DNA of 64,000 bases from Styela clava (Eukaryota). Location: NCBI RefSeq assembly GCF_964204865.1, contig NC_135250.1, forward strand, positions 9,982,001-10,046,000, read 5' to 3'. Positions 33,701 through 45,670 of this stretch are shown here, piece after piece; position 1 is the first letter of the stretch, and the number at the start of each line of letters is the position of its first letter. A model generated the notes under the pieces. The model made no database searches, had not been told where the DNA came from, and worked only from the letters and a program-made list of their open reading frames with translations. The translations under genes were made by a program, and so were the position numbers.

Positions 33701-36700
33701 CACTAAAGTTGGGTGGCGGCTATATACTGACGGTGACGTCATAATTATATGCGATCCCCCCCCCCATTATCTAATGCGCATAAATTTAACAATTTGGAAT
33801 GTCACTAATCACTATCACCAAACACTAATGCACAACGATGCTGTCATCAATGTTTTCTGGAAATGTATAGACAATGTGCCTTATTGAGTCACAAATGTGA
33901 CCAAGTTCAAAATTCTAATAATCAATACGCGCCATGTTGGAAAGTATATCGACCAGCAGAAAACATGAGTAAACCATACTCATTAAAGTTGGTTAGGTTC
34001 TATGACATCACAATTATATGAGACTGGAATGGATGCGATTGGACAATTCGGTATGTCACTATGCCCAATCACTAACTTTGCAACAACGCTGTCACCAATA
34101 GTTGTATGGAAAAAATAGATAGACAACGTGCATTATTGCATTGAAAATGCACATCAAAATATTAGGTTTTTCGTTAATTTTAAGAGAGATTTGTTGAAAA
34201 TGTAGAATTGTTACTTTGCGTTTTTCAATATTCCACTGTTTGATATTCTACATACCGGAGTATTTCTTGTATTGTTTATGCTTACTTTATTACACTTATG
34301 TGATGTATGCAATGTTTATTCATGCGATTTCACGAACACGAACGGGACATTTTCTTTCTTATATTGTCACTATATATGAAATGAAATGTACAAGTAGTTT
34401 TGACCATAAATATAGCCATTTTTGCACCAGGATTAGTCTTCTACAACGACCTCGCTTACTTGACCTCTATATGGCAGAATATTTTCTATACTTCTATTGA
34501 TTAATGATATAATTATTATAATTTATTCACTTGTTTCGTTCAGGTATATTCTTTTCTCCAGTACTTTGTCATTTTTCTTACCTGTCATTATCATTGCACC
34601 AGTGTATACAAGAATCTATCTAATTGGAAGGAAACATTCTCGGCCTCCTATGAGTAGAATGAAAAGTGACGAAGAAAGGTATTTTTCCTTATATTTTTGT
34701 GTTGTTTCATTTCTCGTTTGTAGCTTGTGACATATTTATTTGTATGACAAAAGATCATTAAACCCTCACTTGAAAGGTGAAAAAAATTTCTCGAGACAAA
34801 AGTCGAACGATTACGGATCCAGATTTGAGTAAATTCTATGTGAATTCCACGTACAAATTTAGTGAACAAATATGGCTCAATATGGTGTGAATTAGGCCCG
34901 GGTCACAATATTAAAACACATAGATCAACATAGTGCTTTAGACCATTTTTTTCGTAAAACAACCAAAGAGTTTCCTTTTTCTTCGATGCAATATGATTCT
35001 AAATTTGGTCAACAAGGTTTAAAGTCATTCTCAATGTGGGCAGCAATGTGTGTGTGTTCTAATTCCTAATTTTGCATATGCGGAGTATGCATTCGGGGGG
35101 AAAATATCGGCTAAAAATAAAAACTTCTTATGGTGAATTCCTAACTTCTCATGTCAAATCCTAAACTTGGAAAATAGGAATTATTGAGTAAATAGTTCAG
35201 TAACAGTGTAACACAAAGCGCGAAAGTATACCATCACAAAATACACTGTGATTACTCTGTCTTCGAAGATCGATTTTCAGTGCGTGCAATACACTTGACA
35301 AAGTTGTTTGTTTGCTTACAAAACTCTACCTCAAATTCTACTCGGATTATCTGATGGCCTGGTCTATGTATGTATATTAACTACAAATGCATCCACGGAT
35401 CAACCGGATGTTTATGTCAGCTGTCGCAATCTATAAATTCAAGATGCAAATGAACTGCGTTTTCTGAATTGCTTGTATTGTCATTTTAGGAAAGACCTGG
35501 AAGCATCTGAGTTTCTGAATCCCGTATCTCTGCCTACACAACACCAAGATTGCACAAAAAGCAAGAAGAACGGAACTGAGATTGGTACGTCGGATAATCA
35601 CAAATAATGTTGAAATTATATCGTAAACGACCGAATACCGGAGGGATGGTAATTGGTGCATTCCGCTTAGCACGAGAACACGCTATTTGTAATACCGCTA
35701 GTTACCATACACATGCTAGGCAGGTTAGAATTCTATTGGCTTTGGTCGTATACATCAGGGGTGGCCAACACGTCGATCGCGATCGACCGCCACGTCTCGA
35801 GTAGTCGATCACGTCTGATGTTGAGTAAATTTGATAACATACCCCAAAAAATTGCCCTGGACCAATTTCATACAGCGCCTGTTGTGTGTTTTAACACGAG
35901 AATATAGTACTGTACATGCGCAAGATAAGATATACACATGCATTAATTGGGTATGGACAAACCCGATGAAGCATATGATTATGTGACCATTCAAGTTTCA
36001 CTACTGCCAAGTTTTAGGAATGAACGTACTGAATACCATCTGTCGTGACTGACCAACGATCCTACAACAATTTCTGCACTGTGCGAAAGTTATTGTCTCA
36101 CTCCAGGAGCAGTGTGATAAATTTTATTCGCAACGGTAGCAGTGGCATCAGAATGCCCAATTTTTCTCTAACTCCAAGCGACCAAAGAATCGAACTTGAA
36201 GAAAATTGTAAATTAGATACTGAAGTTTGAAATGTATTATATATGGTTTGAGAATATTATTTATTCGCTGTTTAGATATTACATGAATACTTTTCACGGT
36301 TTTTTGAGGTATTGAAATCACTTACGACTAAAAATTAGACAGGCCCTAGATCTGAATTGTATGCTTTGAATAAATCTAAAATAAATAATGAAACATTTAC
36401 TCCATTACATAATCAAATTAACAAATTCAATGAGGCATAAAGATGCAAATTTTTGTTGCAATTTTATTGAGAATGCAACCGCAGAGCCGAGCTTATTGGC
36501 ATCGATGGAATTTTTGTATGCGTGTGTGCAGTTATCTGCGTCTTCAGTATTCATTCATTTTTGTTTATGACCTTATTACCGATCAGTCGATCGCGAGCTT
36601 TTTTTGAATAATTTAGTCGATCGCGGTCGAAAGCAGGTCGGCCACCCCTGGTATACAAGATAATTGCTCGAATCTTGGCTTCTGCCAGCTGATCACGAGA

Positions 36701-39700
36701 CCCCTAATCTCCCGAAGGGCCTTTTACCATGGTATAGGGCCCTCCTGAAATGGGAATGATATGATAGAATCGGTGAGCGGTCGAAGGAAGCATTCTAATA
36801 CCAGTGGTTAGTAGTCGAATTAATCAATTTTTGGAAGCCTAAAATAAAAAAAAGGGTTTGGAATGACTTAAGTTACCATAATTTATTTTACCAAATGTAT
36901 CATTAAAATATAGTGGCCATGATGGACTGGTGGGCCATTACTGTTAAATATATTGATATATTGGAAAACTATGGTTCGAACTTTCTTTGTTCCACAGCTT
37001 AACCCAAGCAAAATTTGAAAAAGATTCTAAAAAGTTAGATTCCAATGTTTGCCTATACAGAGCCTTGTAGTGAGAGAAGGGCGCTCCCGTAGTATGTGAA
37101 CCAAGATGGCGGACACCTGAACATAGTATGTCTACCAGGTTAGCGTTAGACCATAATTTTATTCCAATTTTCCTTATTTTAGTTCTATTATGAGTTCGGG
37201 GACTAGCCAAGTGACTCCCGTAGTATTTTTACCTGAAATTATGGCCTAACCCTAACATGGTACACATACTACGTTCCGGTGTCCGCCATCTTGGTTCACT
37301 ACTACGGAAGTAGCAAGAGAAGTTGTTGTACGAAACGTCTGGAATAATACCCACGTGCAGTTGTTCAAGTTCAAATATAAAATACTCATAACAAAACATG
37401 AAATCATACACACAATGATGTAACGTGATTAATAATTAAAATTTCACGCAATCGAACTACGAAATTCTTTGCTTGTTGACGCAAATTGATCAATATTTCA
37501 ACGTATTTTGAAAGGAATATAAACCACTACACTGTGAAAAAAGTACAAAATGTGTTTTTTGTTTTTGTTTCTAGTTTTACTTGTCGGATTACATGAAAAA
37601 GTTGTGAAGTTTTACTGGTTTATCCAATATTCTCCCTTTTACTCGACACAAGTCAGTCATTTAAAAGCTGTTGGACCCACCCACCATAGGCCGTCAAAAA
37701 CATTTTGTTATCCTTAAAAAGGCAATAAACAATATCGTTGTGATATAGCCTATCTTGAACTTGCCTCAACAAAGAAAACACCTATTGACAAGATGTCAAC
37801 TAATTATAGAATGAATAGCTTTCCCGTATCCTGTTTGTTTAAATCAAATTCGAAAATCATCTAATTATGCACCAATCGGAATGATTTTGACATCAATCGA
37901 TCTTTTTTGCTGTTTATTCACGCTTTACAAATGCTAATAACAGAATAATTTGTATTTTAAAGAATTTTTGGGAGTTGAATTTAAACCACTTCCGGTCCCC
38001 GTTTCTTAAATCCGGAAGACAATCGTCGATATTCGCGCGAATCCAATAATACGAACGAAACAATCGCTATAAATAAGTACTTTTATATAACAAGTGCTGA
38101 ATAGAACATATGGTTTCAGCTTCCAGTAAAGTTTGAATGAAAGATAGACAGTTAGACGAAAGAAGCGCAAAGACACTCCAAATACTTATATATCATATAT
38201 AGCTTAGTCTTAGGATGACTATACAAATATAAACAAAAGTGACGTCACAATATTAATTCATGGCATCACAGTCTATAGTTGTGGCGTCACAGTATCAATA
38301 GTGACATCATAATATAAAGATGTTCCCTCATAATAACAAGAGGTCCTAATATCGAGAAATGACATTTTGATACTTTGTCGAAAATTTTCCGCCTAAAAAG
38401 CGCAAACAGTTTTCACAAATTCTCAGTGCGAGAACGCTCAACCTGCAGTCAAATTCCACGCTTATCAGATTTAAGTATTATAAATGTCACCCGAGTCTTA
38501 AAAGTTTTCATTAATCACAATTCCCTACGATAAGAAGATTAGCAGTAGATTTTCCATATTAGCGTCGTATTATATACATGTAAGGAACCCAAACTGATGA
38601 TAGTCTAAAGTTAGTCTGTTTACACCTAATAGACATAGATTATCTAGCGGATCCTCAGTTTTCGAAGGTGTGATTATAATCCCATTACTGTAGGATTGAT
38701 GTACGAGTATAATGTAGTGAACATAATGTAGGCTATCCATCTACGGCGCTTTGCTTTGTGTATAGAATTTCGTGTTAAAATTGCTAATTTTAGGATTACA
38801 TCGGACAAATCGTTAACGTTTTGTTTGATGCGCAGGATGATAATATTTTTAGAGTTGCCACATTTTAGCATTATAACTGGTGAATTATTGCAGTTTTATT
38901 TTATTTTATGGGATTACTACGTTCATGTGTCCGCCATCTTGTTGCACATACTACGGGAGTACCACTTTGAAGCATCGCTAAACTCGCTTCAGCAGATCAC
39001 GATATGCAGCAAGTAGTGCCTACCTCTATTATTACGTAACAGTAATACGTGACAAAAGAGATGGACACTACATAACAGAACGTAAACGACATAGAAGAGT
39101 AAAAAATTATTTATTGATTCATATACACAACATTTAAAATAAAAAACAATAAGACATTTATAACGTAAAATATTCGATCATATATTAGTTTTGTTCAACA
39201 CAATCCTGTTGATTTTCGCGGCGCACTTAGCAAACCGCGCCCTCTTTGAAAACCACTGCTTAATTGTATTGTCATCGCAGGTTACACATTTCGATTAAAA
39301 TCAAATGATTACCATCTAATCCAAGGGTGTAATGAATTGGGTGGACAATGCCGAACCCGAAAAATAAGAGTTTCTCTAAAAATAGCGACTCCTTACATAA
39401 TTGTCAGATTAAAAGATGTTTGTCTTGTTCAAAGAAATGAGCGCGAACAGGCGTCGTATATTAGAAAATGAAAATTCTCAGGCTTGTCCATGGGAAACGT
39501 CCCATGGGATGGAACAGCACACATTTGTATTTCCCATGGGACACGTGGGACACGAAAACCGTATGTTTTTCTGCGAAATGATGGTAAAACATTTCGTTCT
39601 GGACTTCGTGTCCATATATTTGAGCATAGCTCTCTTGTTAGTTATAATGAGCAAAATATATTCAGCATTAAAAATAAACTTCGTGGAGGGGCTGATGGAC

Positions 39701-42700
39701 ATACGTATAATAGTTATGAATATATAGTTAACAAAGTCCCCGAATTTTGTTGTGTTGCATGTCTATTCGTACATGTAGTCCTATTTAGTAAACGCTAAAC
39801 CTAAATTTAACAATTTTCATTGAATTTTATTCCAATGGGAATCCCATGGGATGGGATGGGACAGGCATAATTGTTATGGGATGGGAATAGGACAGAAAAA
39901 TATGTTCCATGGTCAAGCCTGAATACTCTACAAATTAGATTGGAAATGTTGAACCGATACGACTTTTAAAACATTCGTTGTTTGGTTGTCGATGCCAGCT
40001 TCACTAGTTACTTTTTCTGAGCAATGATGGCAGCACAGCCCCATTATATATATATATATATAAATATAATTATTTCAGAGCCTTCCTGCAACAAATCGAA
40101 GATTTGTTACTCTTCATCGTTAAACTCATTCAAATCGATTGACCCAAAAAATGAAGATTATTCAGCAGATAACAGAGCAGATCGAGAGTATAACGGATAC
40201 ACGGTAATACATTAATTCAATTTTTTTTTCATTGGTCGATGTAATGCAATAGTATCAATGTCAGTGGCTGAATAATTTGTTTAATCGGGTCTGTACGTCT
40301 CGCAGGATAAACACATGCCCTGGTTGTTTAAAAATCATCATAAAAAACATTATCTCTATCTATGAATGCCTGCTTGCGTAGAGCCTATGTGAAGCGAAGA
40401 TAGCACGCTACAAAAAATCAGGCAAAGGAAAATGTGAATTTCCGAAAATTTATCAATTTGTCGTTAGATGGGATGGCATAATAATTAGATTGTTCGACTC
40501 CACCACGTTCGTAACGCAGGTTAGGAACCCCCGAGTCAAACCCCATGCCCATCGCTTCATCCAGGATTCAACAAATTTTTAAGGGAAAACGGTTAAAAAC
40601 ACGTCCAGCGAGTTTTTCCAATTCAATTACTTTAACGGGGTTGTAGCAAATTAAGGTATTTGAATTACCAAGCTTTCTGCTTACCTAGAGATTTGTTCGT
40701 AGTGAACATTTAGAACCTTTCATGAGAAAACATCAATGACCTTTTCTTTCAGTTTATCGCTCGCCCAATCCGAATCCCATTTCTGCTGTCGTATTGCCAT
40801 CCAATTGCTGATATAAAATGTCATAACACATATAGCGATAGCCATCGCAACGTAATACCAAAATGAGATATCAAATTCGTTTTTGGTAACCGGTAATCTT
40901 AACTTAACTTAGTGTCAAAAAATCGCACTTGAACGCAAGTATTTCATTCATTATCATTTACAACATACTGTATCGACTGCTCGTGCCAAAAACGGCGCCA
41001 ATGGTTGATATATATCACCGAAAAGTCAAAATAAACAAACCGTCTATCAATGACACACGGTGGTTCACTTCAGATTATCAAATCTTAGATAGGATTAGTT
41101 CTGGGCTGACAAGAAAAACATAAGAATAATGGCAGCATCGGTACATGAAAGAAATGTAATGGATCAAATTTTAGCATAAATTCATCCTAATTATGCATGA
41201 GGAAGAAGAAAATCTTCGCTACAATTTTTTTTCAGCATTTTTATAGTTGAGCATATGTATCTATTTACTGTTATTTATCTAAATCAGTTTTTCTCAAACG
41301 TTATTATTATCCCTCCCAGAGACTTTCGACACTCCGCAAATAATAATTTTGTCTTCATCACGTTTTCATCATTTATATTGTTCTCAATCTTTGATAATAT
41401 TGAGCCAACAGAAAAAAGTAGAAAAATAAATGCAGGGTAGCCAACGAATTAAATAAATCAGTATTTCACTTTAAATTAATGCAGTCGTCACGAATAGTGA
41501 GTGTCTAATAATGGTCATTTGCCTATGACTCCCTGAGAACCGATACGTTGCCATGGGTCCAGTTCCAGAAAACCTTATCCAAATTATGTCACCTACCGTG
41601 TTTTTGTGTTTTATGTACCTTGTTTTTAGGTCATTGAGTATTGAATTTTCTCGAAGTATTGTTTTAAAATATTAAATTTTTTGGGTTAATTTGCGTCAAA
41701 AAGACTTTAATTATTTATCCTATTTCGCATTTTTAAAGAACGCAAAAAATAGAGGATTTACTTTCAAACTTTCGGGTTTTCTCGCATTAAAAAGTGCCCA
41801 AATTATTCTACCTGCTTTAAAAAACTGAACAAAAAAATATTGGAAAATAAAGATTACACAGCCCAAAAAATCTTCATAAAATGATTATAAAATGGTAAAA
41901 TACGAGACTATGCAATGTATTCCGTAAATTGCATTTCATTTCGGTTTATTTAAATCTTTTGATTTTCCAGTGCATTTACACTACGAAGAACGGAAAATTG
42001 AGTTTACCAACGCCAATGAGAGCTAATCAAAGTGAAGATTTGACTTCAAATGGTGATCTGACATCAGGTAAAGGAATCGAAGACATGGGAAACATTATGG
42101 TTCGCCCTATAATACGCAGATGCGACTCGTGTCCTTCAGGAAGGCGAAGAATGCTCTCTGCTGCCAGCACGCACAGTGTTTTCAGTATGACTTCACTAGT
42201 AGTGCTTTTCAAAAGGTAAGTAAGTCATAGTTAATTTAGTTTAAATTAATTTTTTCCTCGAGTACGGTACTCCCTGAAGTGGCCCTCATATAACCGGTAT
42301 ATAGCCCCGAGGGCCAAGTTTTAGAAAACCAGGCCTAAAGCTATATATACCTTTTTTAAGCATATAAGATGCTCCTAAATTTTTAATTGAACATCATTTA
42401 TATTCAATAATTGAGATGAATGCAGTTTATAAAAACCTCTATATTGCACCTGTAACATTTTCACGGTATTTTTTGCATTGCTATCCTGTAGGCCTAAAGC
42501 TGAATAAAAAAACTTGCAATTGCAATTCTGATACAAAATACGTTGTTTTTAGAAGAAACAGACCTGAATCAAATTCTATCTCGTCCAAACGATCAGCATA
42601 TTATCATAAACGAGAACGAAGGTTTACTCTTATCATATGTTTAGTGACAGGGGGTTTTCTTTTCTGCTGGTATCCGTTCTTCCAGGTAAGATCACATCAC

Positions 42701-45670
42701 AATATTAGGAACATGTAAAACGTGTCGCCGGTTTTTCTTTCAATTTATTTTTCTTGCGCGATTTACTTCGTTAATATCAAAAGTACACCATTTTAGACTG
42801 CTACTATATTTAAATAACACGATTCGATTAAAACGACTCAATACATATACTGTATACGAAATAACGCACACGGGCGTTCTGCACTCAAAATTTTAAGCTG
42901 CGGATCCTTCGACTGCATGGCTATGTTGACCACAATCTTGTCCACTTCCCGAGGGACCAATTAGAATGATTATCACACTTAAAGGTCGAACAGCCAAAAC
43001 AAGTGAAACGAACACACACGCGTAAATTTTCATCACACATTCAGATATATATTGGTATATGCAACACTCATACACTGGAACTATTTATTATATACCAGGT
43101 GAAAGCATGCTGTCGTATTGGATACGGAAGTTTCGTGTTCATATACTGTATTTGATCATAGCTCTTCTGTATTATCATGTAAATAAGTGGAACCCCTCAA
43201 ATTCAACATATAGCATATCCGATTCGATGGAAATTCAAAATGCTTCATTATTTAGGCAAGGATTTCCGTTTAAAATACTTACAAAAATACTGATAAAACT
43301 CATATTTTTAATAGTATTACGTCCAATAAATGATGCATTTATGGGGTTGGGGCTTTGAGGGTTTTACTAGGCGTTTATTTGTATTGAATAATGTTACGAA
43401 CGATGAATGCTAATCGCTGAGATCTCCGTAAACAGGCAGCGCCGATTTTCTCGTATTGGAAAGTATCGCATATCATTATGCAGAGTTCCCACTATCGTTT
43501 CGCAATAATTCAAATTTAGTGTTTTAATTTTTCCATTCACAGCAGTCTGAACTTTCTACTAACTTCGGAGAAAGCAAGCAATCCATATGTTTAAAACGCA
43601 AACTAACGGGTTTAAAATTTGAATCCAATTTAAATACAACCCCACTAAGCCAATCCAATTTGGATCATTCGGGAAAAAGCAGACAAAATTTATTGAACAC
43701 ACTATTTTCATCGATTAATTGTCTAAAAATATACTTCATCAAAATCAGATTGACGAGGCAGATGGCCTATCGAAATATTTATTTTTTGTAGAACTTTTTT
43801 CGTTTGAAATTCTACATTCGGAGTAACTGAAAATAATAAATCGAGGAAAATTACCTTAAATGATTTCGCAGGTCGCACACAAAAAATACGCATCTGGCTC
43901 TAAAACTTGTAACTGCAGTATCCAAATTATAAAGAAATTCTAATATTTCCATGACGTCATCGATGGTGATGTCATTTTTGTTTTCTTGGAGTCAAAAATT
44001 TCGTTATTACTTAAGACTGAAGCAGCTCAATGGTGATCTTCCGAAAACGTAATTTCGATTGAGTGAATTCTTGGGAAACGCTATTCTGGAATGTCAATAA
44101 TTTTAAATTTTGTTTGGCCTATCTTCGGACATTGCTTGTGTGTTCCTAAAATGTAAATTTTGGGGCTCCCGAAGTATGCGAACCAAGATGGCGGACATCG
44201 GAATGTAATATGTGTACTAGGTTAGGGTTAGGCCATAATTTAGGTATAAATACTACGGGAGGCTCTTGGCTAGTCTTCGAACTGATAATAGGACTAAAAT
44301 AAGGAAAATTGGAAAAAAATTATCGCCTAACCCTAACCTGTTACCCGTGTTACGTTCCGCCATCTTGGTTCGCATACTTCGGGAGCACCTAAATTTTTTT
44401 GATAATTTTGATGTTTTCTGTAATAAATATTTCCGGAATAAGAACCTTCAGTTACTAATATTATTTTCAAAAATTTCTAGGAATAATCTTCAAATGTAAA
44501 ATTTTACTGACGTACATGCGATGCGGTAAATTGAAATGAACGTAAATAATAAAATTATAATAAGCTTAATATTTTCGATTTATTTGAATAATATCATATT
44601 ATTCATATCTTGATTCGCACTTAACCTGTCTTGGAATAATAGAATTTGGAATCCAATTCGATTAAAACCACGAGTTATCTGTCTTCTGGAAAATGTTAGT
44701 TTTCATATTGGATTATCAACTCTCAATTTTAATCTCCGCTTAGATAAAGTTTTTCATTTTAACCCCAAAACATATTATACAAAGTGTAAAGTGCAATTTT
44801 TTTGTATCTAAAAAAAAACTAAATGAAAATTGATCCTAAAACCTAAAACCCCTCAAACAAGGGATACTGAATTTTAACCCAAAAAGTATGGACAGAAATT
44901 GACAGTTATTACTCACTGCACAAATTCTGTTAAATGTACGTTAATTTGTGTTTATGTAAAGTGAATTACAGAGGTCCCGAAACTTTTCTCGCGTTAGGGG
45001 TTTACAACATAGTTCCCGGTTTAGATCCACCTTTAGGCGAGACCCCACCTAGCCTAGTTTGCTGGGTTTATAAAATTTATGACTAACTCGAAAATTCCAT
45101 GATTTAAACTAAATATCTAGCTCATACGAGCTTCTATGAAGCTTCAGTTGTAGATGTATTCGGAGTCAATTTTTGAAACTCACAGTCGAGCTCGGATTGT
45201 TTCTAAAACCGGAGTCGATCGTCGGTACAAAGTGGCGTTTTTAAATAGTTCCGAACTCAAAAATTGGAGTCAAGTGAAATATTTTCGATTCCAACACCAG
45301 CATGTTTGAATCAAGTACACGATAACAGGCCTCAAACGTAAAATACTTAAAAAATTGCCTGGAGATGATTTAAAGTTTTTTAATTCTGTATTTTTAATAT
45401 AACGGTAAATAATCGATCATATATTTAAAATTCAACGTGATATATTTTTATTATTTTTCTTTTTAGACATACGTAGCCTATGCACTTTGTGGAAAAACCT
45501 GTTGTATAAATAAAAACCTTTTCAAAGCAATATTTTGGCTTGGTTATTTGAACAGTGGAATAAATCCTGCAATTTATACAATTTTCAACAAAGAATTTCG
45601 ACGAGCTTTTCGAAAATTGTTTCTACGTTCGAAACCAGGGGAGGAAAGTTGGAAAAACAATTTTCGTTGA
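18777..45670 (+). CDS. ADRA2: Alpha-2 adrenergic receptor-like class A amine GPCR, ~525 aa, coding exons 18777-19313, 24899-25002, 34544-34678, 35490-35584, 40079-40203, 41971-42215, 42553-42685, 45467-45670
   Basis: TM motifs GN (TM1), QNQYLVSLAVAD..VIPFSLVNEL, TM3 [26 protein letters not shown], TM4 VWCLSFLISVPP, TM5 WYILFSSTLSFFLP, TM6 KRERRFTLII..FLFCWYPFF and TM7 FWLGYLNSGINPAIYTIFNKEFRRAF all match the ADRA2 subfamily. Splice phases are consistent (0,2,2,1,0,2,0). The intracellular-loop-3 exons rest on phase and ORF only. Confidence 0.92.
23673..24081 (+). mobile_element. hAT-type MITE with a perfect 8-bp TSD
   Basis: TIRs CAGGGGTCGGCAACC / GGTTACCGACCCCTG, flanked on both sides by ATTTAGGG. 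Confidence 0.9.
24165..24661 (+). mobile_element. Degenerate hAT-type MITE hosting a nested element
   Basis: 5' aaactacggcccgtgggccaattgcggccc and 3' aaaaaccttgcccacccct are typical hAT-MITE ends. It is interrupted by 24430-24622. Confidence 0.5.
24430..24622 (+). mobile_element. GG-terminated long-TIR MITE (same family as 37080 and 44162), left TIR partly deleted
   Basis: Shares ggttagggttaggccataa, ggggactagccaagtgactcccgtagt and gttccggtgtccgccatcttgg with the other copies. Flanks aaattttt / aatttttt. Confidence 0.8.
28329..28500. repeat. GACTCC/GGAGTC-rich dispersed repeat (probable DNA-transposon subterminal repeats); relatives near 3550-3640, 13000-13070 and 45160-45300
   Basis: Clustered gactcc / actccg / ggagtc motifs recur at several loci in the window. 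Confidence 0.45.
33660..34138 (+). repeat. Old degenerate tandem duplication of a ~270-bp unit (33660-33887 / 33931-34138)
   Basis: Collinear shared blocks gccatgttg, ctca.taaagttgg, tgac.tca.aattatatg, acaatt.gg.atgtcacta, gctgtca.caat, atagacaa.gtgc.ttattg. Confidence 0.7.
35756..36650. mobile_element. Non-autonomous hAT element (~895 bp)
   Basis: TIRs CAGGGGTGGCCAAC / GTCGGCCACCCCTG, subterminal GTCGATCGC repeats at both ends, flanks gtatacat / gtatacaa (7/8 TSD). Confidence 0.85.
37080..37314 (+). mobile_element. GG-terminated MITE with ~80-bp TIRs
   Basis: The left arm gctcccgtagtatgtgaaccaagatggcggacacc..gttag.gttag.ccataattt mirrors the right arm. Flanks gagagaag / aagagaag. Confidence 0.85.
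38239..38313 (+). repeat. Four ~21-bp tandem units, each with a TGACGTCA-like core
   Basis: gtgacgtcacaat.. / tggcatcacagt.. / tggcgtcacagt.. / gtgacatcataat. Confidence 0.65.
38915..38964. mobile_element. Solo terminal arm of the GG-terminated MITE family
   Basis: actacgttcatgtgtccgccatcttgttgcacatactacgggagtacc matches the right TIR of 37080-37314. Confidence 0.7.
39479..39921. mobile_element. hAT-like MITE with CCCATGGG/ATGGG subterminal repeats
   Basis: TIRs CAGGCTTGTCCATGG / CCATGGTCAAGCCTG. Flanks aaaattct / aatactct (degenerate 8-bp TSD). Confidence 0.8.
44162..44389 (-). mobile_element. GG-terminated long-TIR MITE with a perfect 8-bp TSD (Merlin- or MULE-like)
   Basis: GGGGCTCCCGAAGTATGCGAACCAAGATGGCGGA ... 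TCCGCCATCTTGGTTCGCATACTTCGGGAGCACC, flanked by TAAATTTT on both sides. The internal part is inverted relative to the 37080 copy. Confidence 0.9.

Noticed and set aside
35990-36230. Possible transposase remnant inside the 895-bp hAT element
   Set aside because: I could not identify convincing hAT dimerisation-domain or catalytic motifs by eye.
38239-38313. CRISPR-like repeat-spacer pattern
   Set aside because: The units are short and degenerate, the context is a eukaryotic intron, and there are no cas genes.
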